A stretch of DNA of 64,000 nucleotides from Podarcis muralis (lineage: Eukaryota): assembly GCF_964188315.1 (NCBI RefSeq), contig NC_135662.1:61690001-61754000 (forward strand), in the 5' to 3' direction. A program made the position numbers and the translations under genes. Positions 51,051-63,759 of the stretch are shown here, piece after piece; position 1 is the first letter of the stretch; every line of letters begins with the position of its first letter. The notes below the pieces were generated by a model. The model did no database searches and was not told where the DNA came from. It was given only the letters and a program-made list of their open reading frames with translations.

Positions 51051-51565
51051 TTATAACACCTATGCTACCTTATTGCTTTGTTGAGACATGCTAAGAACAT
51101 TTTATTCATATTTCCCTTTTTATGCTTCTATATTATTACAATAATATCACAACTAGAGCCTTAAGCAGAATTGGGGAGGAGGAAGGTCTTCTAGATCAGC
51201 TTTTTAAAATTATAATAGGTGCCATTTCTCCCCCCAACTACTTTTTTAGAAGACTTTCATGGGGAGATTTGGCTACAACTGGGGAAAAACAGGTGGTGAC
51301 AGCGCTTTTGGATTTAATTAGCTCCCGTATCTTTCAACCCTAAATTCAAACACTGTATCTAGGTGCAGCTACAAGTATCCGGGAATTCTTCTCAGTTTTG
51401 CCTTATTAAACTGTCTCAGCAGCTCAGGATCAGTATGATGGGTGATGGGAGAACATATGACTTTATTCTACAGGAAGGCAAGCAAGGGACAGATAATAGA
51501 CACAGCAAGAGCATGTGAATAAGAAGGCAACTGATCAGGTGTGAAACATGAATATGTAAACACTA

Positions 51566-51921
51566 AAGGTAAAGGTACCCCTGCCCGTACGGGCCAGTCT
51601 TGACAGACTCTAGGGTTGTGCGCCCATCTCACTCAAGAGGCCGGGGGCCAGCGCTGTCCGAAGACATTTCCGGGTCACGTGGCCAGCGTGACAAGCTGCA
51701 TCTGGCGAGCCAGCGCAGCACACGGAACGCCGTTTACCTTCCCGCTGGTAAGCGGTCCCTATTTATCTACTTGCACCTGAAGGTGCTTTCGAACTGCTAG
51801 GTTGGCAGGCGCTGGGACCGAACAACGGGAGCGCACCCCGCCGCAGGGATTCGAACCGCCAACCTTTCGATCGGCAAGTCCTAGACGCTGAGGCTTTAAC
51901 CCACAGCGCCACCTGCGTCCC
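51566..51921 (-). mobile_element. Sauria SINE, CpG-rich variant subfamily
   Basis: 12-bp TSD ATGTAAACACTA; the first about 95 bp are identical to the 29323 copy. Confidence 0.95.
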
Positions 51922-53402
51922 ATGTAAACACTAGCTACCTTTTAAGAACATCATAATGACTAGCACTCATTGATAATGGGCAGAACGGGATGGACACGAT
52001 TGTTTGGCACAACCAATGAAAGTAGGTGAGCAGGGAGGATGACACGGAAGAAGAACCACCAAGTTGGGAACCTGCAGCCCTCCAAAATATTGCTCCTATC
52101 TTCATCCTCCACCACTGGCCACACTGGCTGAGGCTGATGTGAGCTGGAGCCCAACCACCTTGGGAGGGCCACAGGTTCACCAACTGCATTTATAACATTT
52201 TAACAGAAAGAATAATGCTTCATCTTAATGTTCCGTCTAAGGCAAAACCTTTTGTCTCAAGCTTAAGGTCAATTGTCCTGACGACAAATGCTATATTTCA
52301 TGCAGCTAGGATTTGTGACGTAACCCAAGCAATGACGTAGGATGAACTTCCAAAGTACCCTTAGATGACCCATCTTTTTTTCCTTTTTTTTTTTTTAGTA
52401 CTGGCTACAGGCCAGCTAGCTTTCGACTGAATTTGTATTCGCAAGAACAAACACTGAAAGGATAAATCACTTCCATATTCCAAGCCACATCAGAGAAAGC
52501 CTTTACACATGAGCAGGAACTCCCTTAAACAGTGCACATCTATCCTTCCCCCCCCCCCCCTTTAAAAAATCTGTTACAGAAATAAAAAGTTGGAATGGGA
52601 AGTTATCTACCTGAAATTATTTCAGTACCAGAAAATAGGTAAGTGGTCTAGTTATCAATGGGGAAGGTTTTTCTTACCATGTAAATATATAATTTTTTGT
52701 CCTTTCCAAAGGCAATTGCACCACTGCAGTCTCAAATGAAAAAACTTCAGATTGTTCTTTTGAGGAGGTCTTGACCCCTTCCACAGTACAAGCCCCAGCA
52801 AGATGGTCTTGTGTGGCTTCCATCACTCCCTACCCCGAGGCTTGTTGCCAAGGTGATATACAACCAATACAAATATTTCAAGCTACACCAAACCTAGTGG
52901 AAGATTACTATCCTTTTGACAAAACCATGAAGCTAGCAACCCACACATAATGGAGGTGAAGCAGACTGCTAAACTCATTGCACATGCGTAGAACAGCAAA
53001 GTCATGTATGATGTAAGGAGCAGAATTAAAGTCATGTCAGCAGAGAAAGCAGCTGTTTCTTCCTTGGTGAACTTCTGTTCAGTGATGTTCTCAGAGGCAT
53101 TGCGCACCACTGAGATGGTGCTTTCTACAGGAACTGACAGGTAGTCACTAGGACCTGCTTCTGGAGAAGTCACCACCCCCTGTCTCCTAGACTGACTGGC
53201 ATCCAAGCAGCACTCCATAAAAGAACATTAGAAGAACTGTAGGAAAGAAAATACAGCCAAGAAACACAGAACACCACCCCAGGAGGTGTGCCATGAAATA
53301 TAAAACAAAAGCCAAAAAGTGCCACCCCCACATATAAGCCATAACTGACAACCTCACTAAATGTTATACTAACATATTACACTCCAACAGACAGGTGGAC
53401 CA

Positions 53403-53900
53403 CAATGCCCTCTAGGATCATCAGTGAACCAAAGTTCACCAGGTAATTAACTTCCTTTTTCACCTGAGGATCCCAGAGGGCATTGCACACCACCGAATGT
53501 AGCAGATCAGCAACAGCTTTAGTAGAGTGGGCCAAAAAGCGATCAACCAACCCCATTTCACACCAACCTCTGTTGGTGGAGGTGTACACTGAAGCCCAAA
53601 TAGCTACAAATCTCCACCACCAGGAAATTACCCTGAAGAGCAAACAAGGCCGTGGCTCTCCACAAAGAATGAGCAGTCACCCCTTGTGAGGGAGACTTCT
53701 TTATAGTCAAATATGCCTCAGCGATATGTTGCCTGAGGCACCTAGAAATGGTGGAAGAGATTTGGACTACTCCTGAAAAGATACAAATAGGGATTGAGAC
53801 TTGCAAAGCTTTGCTGTCCAATTCAAATAGAATTGGAGCGCTCATTGCACATCATGCTCATGCCATCTGATTCTTTTCTTAGTGTCTAGGAGAAGGAACC
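53403..53900 (-). mobile_element. DIRS-type retrotransposon remnant (tyrosine recombinase C-terminus plus ICR-like hairpin)
   Basis: Frameshifted translation WHEHDVQ*ALQFYLNWT / SSTISRCLRQHIAEAY...PSQGVTAHSLWRATALFALQGNFLVVEIC resembles DIRS YR motifs (recalled consensus WHxLDVRRAL..YL.RT, STISRWI..AI..AY, AHSTR). Inverted repeat 53403-53428 / 53459-53485. Confidence 0.75.
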
Positions 53901-56900
53901 TGCCTCAAGTTGTCAGATTGGGCTTGTATGATAGCAGTGAGGCGTTGGCCAGAGGGGGAAAAATATTATTATTAACAGGGAATTCAATTAATCTTAAGCA
54001 ACAGAAAAGAACTTTAGTAAGGAAAACAATAGAATTTATACTGGGGCACTTTGTGTTTCCTGTTAGAAGCTTGGTCAGGATATAGGCTGCTTCCCTAACA
54101 GTTCAACTGGGTCATCACTTCAGGACGAATGGCTTCTTAGTCTTTGGATGATCCAAAACTGTGTTTGCAGACTGTTGGCAGCCCTTGAGTCTTCTCCTTG
54201 GGGAGAAGAAGACCCAGAAGGCACCTGCCACTGATGGCGTGGTCTCCAGGACCACTGTCCTTGTGGCTGTCCCTCACCTTCACTGGGGGAACATAACCCT
54301 TTTAAATTGAGCTTGATGCCTCATGAGGCTTTGCTGGGTACAGCTACCTGAAATGGTGCCAAAAACCAGGAGAAATCAAGGCCGTTTATGTGACTTCCTG
54401 CAAAGTGATTTAGCCCTCAGGCCCGCATGACCTTACAGCATGTGTTAGGGCATGTGTATCCAGGAAAGAACCTGATTACTCTTGGTTGAAGCCTTCGGGA
54501 TGCTCAGGTCACTTTCCCGCCATTTCCAAGCAGCAGAAAGAGTGGGAAGCAGAAAACAGAGGCACAGTGCTTGAAGAGCAAGGGATATTCCCTGTAACTT
54601 CAGTGTTTGGCTGTGGTGTGGGTCCCTGCCTTCCTTCCTACATCTCAGCAGGTGAGGAGAACTTTTCTCCACCTAACTCCAACTAAAAGCTGACCTTTGG
54701 CTTTCCCTAGGGGACAACGTAACTACACATCTCAAAAGAGAAAGCCCCTAATGGAGCATACAGGAGCAGGATCTTCTAGAAGGCAAAGTCTCAGATGAGG
54801 GGAAGGTCATCCCCTCTTCCACCTAGACATTATTTTATTGTCGTATGACTTTGCCTTCTGAAGAGGAGTTAACCTTTTCCTATATTATGCTCCACTTCTC
54901 TGCCGACAAAGAAGGGTTTAGTCCCTAAAAATTTCAGGTAGGACTGAATGGTAGGACTGACTCCCTGTCTGAAACCATGGAGATCCATGGATAGTTTGTG
55001 TAGGGTAACCAATGATGAACTAAATGGAGGATTTAGTTTCCTATAATCCTATAGCAAGGTGCAGGAAAAACCACAGGTTTTTTTCTATAGTTTTTTCCCC
55101 TACAGAAGATATCCCAAGGTGCAGGAAATAAAATATTATGTGGATTTGTTAGCCTATAGTAAAACAGAGAAAATAAGGCTGGATTTTCCTTAAAGCATTG
55201 CTAGAAATGATATTCCCATTTGCAATAATTCTACAAAAACTGAATGCTTTTCGGAATCCTGTGATTGACAATATAATAATATTAAACTTTAATTGCACCA
55301 CTGCTGAAGTTATTACATGTCCCAGTGGTCTAATGTATGTTGATCTGACAACATGACAAATTCAGACCTGGATCATTGAACACAAAAGCTGCATTAGATT
55401 AGAGAAAATATAAGCAACCCCTTGTGAAACGGTTCCAGGAATTCAGTCACAAAGACAGGGATTTAAAATACTTTGCAAGTTAGAACAAACCAAGAACCGA
55501 TTTTTAAGCAGAGTCATTTTGTTGTAGAATGCAGCACCAATAGTAAGAAGCTTCTAAAATATTTCAGAATGCCATTCCCAAAATAGCCCACGTGGCTATG
55601 GTTTTGCAGTGTGCAGCTGGCACACAGAACAGGGTCTAAAACTGGCATTTACCAACATTTCTTTAAAACAGAGGTACCATCTGTGTACGGTAAAAATGTA
55701 TAAGGGTTAATATTGTCTCCACTGGTTTAAACACATTGGTGTACGGTACCTCTTCTGCTGTGCCTTACAGTTTTGGATTTTACTTACCCTGGTGCTGTCT
55801 GCATACTAAGCAGTTATTTACTGCAGCAAATAAAAGTGTATAAAGCAACCTCAAAAATATTAAAATGATGTTTTTTTAAGCATCTTCACTATTGCTATAA
55901 TGTAATGTGGGGCAGGAACTGCAGCCCTGCTTACAAAAGTCCCAGGTTCAATCCCTGACCCATCTCCTGGTAGGGCTACAACAGAATCCTGCACAAACCT
56001 TACAGTCACTGTAAGTTAGGTGGATAATATTAAGCAGATGCAGGAATGGACAGACTGTATAGGTAGCTTCACATGTTACTAAATCTATGCATGTTTATTC
56101 TAAAATTGAATGTGTATAGGATTACTGCCTAAGCACACGTAACTACCAGGAGTAACTCGCACCGAGTGGGATTTTACCAAGTAAAGATGCACAACACTGG
56201 GTGATAAGTAAATCAAACCAGTTTAAAACATGAAAGATTTAAACTAAATCAGCAGTACTCTTCCCAATTTCCAGGTCCAGAATGCTTGGAGACCTATTTA
56301 GGAGTTTCTTCTTCAGTGAACTCCCGCCATGCTCACCCAATGCCCTCAAAACCCAGAGTTCCCTAACTAACCAATTAGCCCAACTAATTAATTTTACAAA
56401 CTCTCCTTTTACACATTCATGTGCATGTACCTACCACTCCTTAAATTAGATTGGCTTTCAACCAGCCCTAGAAATTCAGTTCAAATCCATGCTGAATGAA
56501 TATACTAGTAAAGTATATTATTTGATTCAACTTACTTATTTCCCAGGCCAACTTATGCAAAGGGTAACTGCATGTATTAGTATGCAGTATAAAGTGCTAC
56601 AAGAGAACATTTTATTTTAACTTCTGTTGGCACGTTCAGAGAAAATGTGGAAAAACCCCAGCCAGAATAGAAACAGAGTTCAAGCCTTTTGCAGTTTCAC
56701 ATACCTGGTTATTATCCCTGCAACACAAACAGTTTTTGACGTCACATATTAGTTCCAGTATGTATTTTGGAAGTTCTCCTGGGCTGGAAGGCAGGTCACC
56801 GGGAACACAAGGTAAGTACCCTGCCTCCCCCCCCAAAAGAAAAAGCAACAGCGAGAGGTTTTTCTGCAGCCAGATTTTTAAAGGAGGCCAAGCCTCCAAG

Positions 56901-57289
56901 TGACAGCCCCTATACCCAGATGGGTGGTGTTATTGCCACTGGTAACAGCATGGCTTTATATAAAGCAAAACACTCAGCAAAACTGCCCACAGAGAACATT
57001 TTGGCAGCTGGTCCCATGCATGACTGCTTGAAAATGATTTAGACAGATCCATCTGTCATGGATGCTTTAGCTGAAATTCCTGCATTGCAGGGGGTTGGAC
57101 TAGAAGACCCTTGGGTTCCTTCCAGCTCTATGATTCTATGATTCAGTTGGTCTTACCTCTTACTAAGTGTGCTTCAGATTGTTGTTTAGCTCATAGTTAC
57201 TTAACTCATGTTCAGTGGCTGTGATAATGTTTACTCCATCTGGTCTCACTTCCCCAAAGGTCTACAACCCCAATGCAATTTGATCAGTA

Positions 57290-57549
57290 CAGTCATACCT
57301 CGGGTTACAGACGCTTCAGGTTGCGTTTTTTTGGGTTACGGACCGCTGAAACCCAGAAGTACCGGAACGGGTTACTTCCGGGTTTCGGCAGTCACACATG
57401 CGCAGAAGCACTAAATCACACTTTGCGCATGAGCAGAAGCGCTGAATCGCAACCCGTGCATGTGCAGACGCGCTGCTGCGGGTTGCAGATGCTGCGAGTT
57501 GGGAACATGCGTCCCGCATGGATCACATTCGCAACCCAAGCGTCCACTG
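57290..57549 (+). mobile_element. Tigger/pogo-like MITE
   Basis: TA-CAGTCATACCTCGGGTTACAG...GTCCACTG-TA. Confidence 0.85.
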
Positions 57550-58335
57550 TACTTCCTGGTTTCTAACTGAATGTAGTTTATCTGGGTAGCAGTCAATGGC
57601 AAACTATAGGTAATTCCCCCAAAGAGATTCAGGGGTGGAACAACTTCCCCTACCCGAGGTCTGACACCCAAAGGGGAACAGAAGGTGAAGCCCATATGCT
57701 GTTCTCCCATTTCCCCCCCCCCCCATCTCTCCACATTTGCTTTGCCTCTTTTCCTTACTTCTTGGCCCATAAGAGCAAAATTAATCCAGAACCTTGGCAC
57801 CCTCCACCATAGGGCCTTAATATGGCTCATTAGTGGATAAAGTGCAGTGGGCTATGCCAACTCCACTATAAGATAATGAGAAATGATTTAGAGTCAGAGA
57901 AAGCTAGCAGCAGAAACTATATCCTAACTCTCCTATTTCCCTGCCGCTCCACAATTCCCTGTACCTGTACAGTTGAGGTAGAAAAGCAAAAGAAACACTA
58001 GGTATAGTGAAATAGAAAGAGGAGAGAATCCAGGTTGACACCTGTCTGATTAGACATTGACAGAGAAGAACAATACTGTTACGTTCCGCCTTTCTTTTTC
58101 TCCTTTTTCGCTTGTAAGAAAAGAAATAGGCCTGGTTCACACACCATGTTAAAACACAGCTAATGTTTAATCATGTATAACTAGGCAAATGAGCAGCATG
58201 CTGGTTCAAGCTTCTCAAAAGTCCCCACTTTGCTCCTCCCCCATTTCTGGCCACACTGTGCTAGGAGCAACAAACCACAAACCTTCGATTGTTGTGTAGC
58301 TCAAACTCAGGATTGTGGCTATTTCTCTCTAAAAC

Positions 58336-58471
58336 CAGTGTTTCCCAAACTTGGGTCTCCAGCTGTTTTTGGACTACAATTCCCATCATCCCTAGCTAGC
58401 AGGACCAGTGGTCAGGGTCGATAGGAATTGTAGTCCAAATGCAGCTAGAGACCCAGGTTTGGGAAACACTG
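58336..58471. mobile_element. Palindromic hAT MITE
   Basis: CAGTGTTTCCCAAAC...GTTTGGGAAACACTG; same family as 50694 and 12672. Half or diverged copies at about 1600-1650, 17868-17955, 24478-24540, 48357-48474 and 52055-52180. Confidence 0.9.
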
Positions 58472-61265
58472 CTCGAAACAAACCAGAGCAGAAAACCAAG
58501 GTTTATTTGGGGGAAACAAACTAAAAGTCCATGTTCAGACACCCAAGACTTTTGGTTTGTTGTTCCTGGGATGTGGCTTAGCCAGGAGTTGAGGAGGAAC
58601 AAAGTAAGAACTTTTAAGCAACATGTTAGTTAGTGGGGGACAAGTGCAGCAATCTGTCAGTTACATAAGGGGAAGTCTTGTTCATTCTGCCGAATGAAGA
58701 TATTGGTTTGCATGCAACCAACTTTATTCTGAGTAGACCCATGGAAATGAATGTCTATTATTAACTTGGGGTCTGAGGAAAAGTTAGTTGGTGGTTATGT
58801 TTTATGTGCACCAAGTGTATTTTGTCCCCAGCCCCATACTCATCCCATCGCTCAGTTACTATTGCCATGTGCCCTCCATTTTGTAGCTGGCTAACAGCTT
58901 TGGACAAGTCTGTTGCCCAATGAGCAGGCTCTTCAAAAGCAGAAAACAAAGGGCAGGGGACACGCAATACGTGGCCCAGATATCATCAACACTTTTCCCT
59001 GCAGCCTCTAGGCGTGGAAATGGGTTGTCATTTTTAATAACAACAACTTATATGGTGGGCTGGCATTATATCATTTTATTGCCTAGCAAACACTCACTGG
59101 CAGAAGCTGAATGTTTGCACACTCAGTTGAAAAGCTTTATGAAGATTCTGTCTGCAGCTTGCAACTCATTTATACGTGCAGGCCATCATGACTTGACATT
59201 GTGGTCAAGTGACTGGTGAATGTCCATGGGTTGAACCTGCCCCTTCCAATGATGGGTTGGCTCAGAACTTTTTTGAAGTGCAAGCTGTTTTGAAATTCTT
59301 ATCTCCAGGCTGGGGAAATTAGTACTTTCCAGCTATGAAGTAGATCACACTTGGCAGCAGCAGAGGTGGAGTGTAATCAGTTTGGTGGCACTGAGGGCAG
59401 AGCCTAGGGGGCGCCACAACTATGATCTATAATGGAACATAAGAGGTGGAGGAGCACTGACTTTTGGCTTCGCACAGGGCGCTGCTGAAATGTGAGACCC
59501 CAAGATCTGGCAGCAGCGACTGAAATGAAAGTAAAACCATACATGCACGCACACTTTGGGTGTGTGTTGCTGGGCACTAGCGCACCTAGAAGTATTAGAC
59601 ATCAGTCTTTAATCTTTAATCAGCTAACTCTACTCAGGCAGCTTTATTGCCTCCAGACAATAAAGACATGCAGTTTAATATCTCCCTGCTTCTTCTCCTG
59701 AGAATGTCCTGCAACTTACAATTCTGCAGATGATTTGAAATGGGTTAGCTTAAAATCAGAGCCTTCTGAAATCCAGGCTATGATCAAGAAATGAATCCAT
59801 CACAAACACAATCGCAAACCTGCTTGCATATATTACAAGTATACAGCCTTCTGGGAAGGTGGAATTTGCCTGATGCATATAAAATAAGGGTCAGGAATGG
59901 GAAGCCTCAGAGCCAAATTTGCCTCCCTCCTACCAGTTGCTACTCGAGTCAAATGAGGTGTATGGAGGAAGCAGGCACTAGATTCGTGGGCTGTAGTGGC
60001 AGTGTAAGAAGTTAAGTCTGTCCCAGCCTCTCCTCAAAAGTGACCCACCAGTTTGCTCAGCGAGGATATATGAAATACCATAGGTTAGGTTCCAGTTTCG
60101 GGGTATGCTTGATATTTATTCAAATGCTCTGACTTCATAGCTCATGTAATCATATGGGTCCTTTTTGCATGCATACAGGATAGATTATTTGTCTGGTATA
60201 AATCAGGACAATGGCACAGAAGCCAATAGAGCACAAGAGCAAAGGCTCTGCCTCTGGAAGTCTGGGTAGGTTAGGCTTATCATTGCTGAGCTGGTTCGGC
60301 ATGAGTTCATTTGTTTGCTTAGGAGGGTAAGTCAATGAGCAGTCCCAGTCTGCCTAGGCTTGATACAAATACTTCTGCAGTTCATCGTTCAGGATCCCCA
60401 AGCATCAAGTCACCCTTTCAGCCTTCCAATTGTCTCACCTGTTTGTTTGTTTGGGTTACAAAAACCTTTTAGCTATTTACGGTGTATTTCTGGTTCAGTA
60501 AGCCTGCAAAGGTGGTGGCATTAGTTCTGCTGAAAGAAATCCACCACTGAAGTCTTCTCGTGCTCCTTATACAAGGTAATTGCTTGGCTCATTAAAACCA
60601 AGAGACTGACAGATGAAAGAGAGATAGATTAGGTGAAGGAGGCCATTCAGGGCTGGGCAGTTTTGGGTTTTCTTTGTGCGCTGTAATTATTTCTTCAGGG
60701 GGTTTTGATGGAGAGAAAAAATGCCAAACATGAGAAACAAGGGGCGGGTTTGCAAACAAGTTGCATAAACAGATGAATTTTCTTGGTAGATCAGACCACT
60801 AGCACACCTCAGCCAACACTCTGTTGTCTTCAACAGTGGCCAGCTCTCAAATCCTCCAAGGAAGCTCAAAAAGCTGATTAGCCACCCATGGTTTCACCGC
60901 TGTGCCAGCACCTGGCAGTCAAATATATACTGCTTCAGAACAGTTTTAGCTATTACCTACCATTGAGCCAATGACAGATCTGCCATCCATGAATTTGTCT
61001 AAACCTTAAAGCCACCTAAGACACACATCGTCACCACCCTACGGGCACTATACTTTGAATTTCATAAGCCTGACCAACACCACTGGGGAAAACACAAATT
61101 GCAGAACCTGGGGGACCTGCTGCATTAGGAACAAAATGTGCACCATATCCCTCACTTTCACTGACCTGGATGACATTACCAGGAGCCTCTGTGTGCAGAG
61201 CCCAGAGTGCTGTGTGCACAGCATTAATATTTGCTTGCTTGCTTGCTTGCTTGCTTGCCACCCTG

Positions 61266-61940
61266 TGATGTACAGCTGAGCCAGACCAGAGTCTGGTGGT
61301 GCTGTCCCCCTGAAATTCCACCAGAATACTGGAGCATCTCTCTGGTTGGCTACAAAATCAGCTAGCCACAGAAGGGGAAGAAACAGCACTTTGGGAGGAA
61401 GAATAAAAGCAGCAGTTTCCAAGGCAGTTAGTTAGATAGGGCTTGATTTAAGAGGAGAGATATGGAGTAGGACTGGATTTGACTGAGAGAGAACTAGTTC
61501 TGAGTTAAGTTAAACATCCACACTGAGGAGACTATCCATAGCGAGAGGACAGAGTCTCACAGCTTAGATAGGGAGACTGAGTTGAAGGTCTGGGAAAGGT
61601 ATACAGATACCTTTCCCGTGGGGAGGACTGAGTCTGAGTCGGGAGAGGTAGAACCTGTGGAAATACAGGCCACCTAGGTCTCATACTAGCCAGGAGGAGA
61701 CAGTTCTTCTAGGTACAGAAGACTCCCAACCCAGTAACAAGGGGTGAAGTGATCCATAGCTGACAACGGAGTGAGCCCCTCCTCACTTTGCCACCAAAGA
61801 ATCAAGAGGGACCTGGGACCTGTCCTCATTTGATCATTATTTAACTATTAATCTGCACACCCATTCAAATTAGGCCAGAATAGTCCTCACCTGAACATAT
61901 TCAGCTCCCAAGGCATCCATAAACGGGCACCCCACTACAG
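61266..61940 (+). mobile_element. Possible LTR-like segment
   Basis: Begins TGTGATG; purine-rich, with ATAAAAG followed by agttagttag as in many LTR U3/R regions. No TSD or clear CA end found. Confidence 0.25.
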
Positions 61941-62120
61941 TAGGGCCAATAATTATTCACATTATTGTAATGTCATGTTTCCAGCTACCCCACCCTTTGT
62001 ACTTGGAAGCTCTGTTAAGAAGCCACTGCAGGAGAGGAAGTGTAAGCAATGTCGTGGGAGGGGTCTTTCTAGGACTAAGGTGAAACTTCCTGTTATTTTT
62101 GCTATTGGATGCTGCATGTT

Positions 62121-62268
62121 CATAGAATCATAGAGTTGTAGAGTCAGGTGGGGCCCTGAGGACCATCTCATCCAACCCCCTGCAATGCAGGAATATGAAG
62201 CTGCCCAAACGGGGATTGACTGCAACCTTGGCATTTTCTGCACCACACTCTAACCACCTGAGCTATCC
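62121..62268 (-). mobile_element. Squam3-like SINE
   Basis: Same head and tail layout as 47341-47493, more diverged. Confidence 0.8.
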
Positions 62269-63759
62269 ACTCCTGTTGCATTTATAGTATTAAAATGTGG
62301 GTTTTGTGTGTGTATGTTATCCTATTTTTGTTGTGCTATCTTATTATGAAATATGAAAATGTTTTTGTAGTGTTTCTTTTGAATGCATCCCTCTTTCTTT
62401 GTAGCCAGCTGCTTTAAGCAGGACTTCTTCATGGAAAAGTAGCATACAGATTTTTTAAAATGCATGAATAATCTCTTCCTGCTTATTCACATTCACAATC
62501 CCGTACTCCCTCCAAGGAGCCTGGGAATATTGTCCTATTTTTGTCCTCACAAAACCTTCTGAAAAGCAGGTTAGGAGGAAGGTGCTTGTGTCCCCTTTCA
62601 AAAATTATGTAGCTACATTGGAGGATGATAGGATTGCATGTATCTGACTTAAACATGCTAGTAATAATATTTGAAAAATTCCCCTACTTATAGTACGATG
62701 CACATGCAGTTGGCATCCCTTATGTAAAGGGTCTCTTTTCAGTCTATATTGCAAATGTTTGTAAATCAGGTACACACAATTCCACTTCCCTCTTGAACTC
62801 ATGCATGTAACATCCGAATGGGGCCAGAATAACTTAATCAAGGTCACTCCATTAACTTCACAGCTTGGTGTTACCTGTGCACATCCTAACACTGGCTTTC
62901 TTTTTTAAAAAAAATGGTTGAATTGATAATGCATGGAAGAAGTCCAGTCCCTCAACTCTTTTTTAAACTGTTCTGCAACTATGAATAGAATGTGGTCCCT
63001 AAAAGTATATGAGCCTAACAAATCAAGGCACTTGCCAAATGAAGAGTCTTGATAGGTAAGACAGAGATTTGTGGTGCTGCTTTATGGCAGAAACAAAACC
63101 AGGTAGAAGTTGATTCAATCACAGACCAAACCTTATGGAAAAAAGGGTCTAAGCTGATTGCTATATTTCATAGTATAGCTCTGAAACAATATAAAAGTGC
63201 CTGTTTGCAAGAATAGGTGTTAATTATAGCAGCAGCTACTTAACTTGGCTACCAAATGCACACAATTGCCCTCTAGTTATTATCTGAACACCATATTTGC
63301 TAATTAAAATCATTCAAACCATTTTGCTTTATCTGAACAAAAGGTTAGAGGAAATTCATTTGGCGGGGGGGGGGGGGAGTGTAAGATAGATAGCAATGTT
63401 CTTCAAAAGAGGAAACAAATTAAATAACTACCAAGAAGGAAGAGAAGGCACATTGTGTTATAACCCCAGTACTGCCAATTTCTAAGGCCTTGATTATGAA
63501 TAGCTCGAGTGGCAATTAGTTTCTACTGGAAACTTATGCACAAGTAAAAACGTACGAGTATTATATCTGCACATTCAGAATAACAGTCAGCCATTTAAAG
63601 ACTGGCACTGGCTCCCAATAACAAGACAAACCTATTTTTACATCTTTGACCGAGATAAATGTAGATATTTTTGCATCTACTCTGGGAACAGAAACATATT
63701 TTAAAACAGAGAAATAGGAGAAACAATGTTTAACTGCTCCATGCCACTCATCTGAAGAC

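Noticed and set aside
911-51921. Orientation bias of Sauria SINEs (7 of 9 on minus)
   Set aside because: Not significant (two-sided binomial p about 0.18).
52580-52638. Plus-strand 59-nt exon candidate (NKKLEWEVIYLKLFQYQKI) with gtaagt donor
   Set aside because: It is isolated, and no consistent plus-strand exon chain was found.
52883-53218. 111-aa minus ORF with hydrophobic C-terminal half
   Set aside because: The nearest strong acceptor leads into stops, no family is recognised, and it lies beside or within the DIRS remnant.
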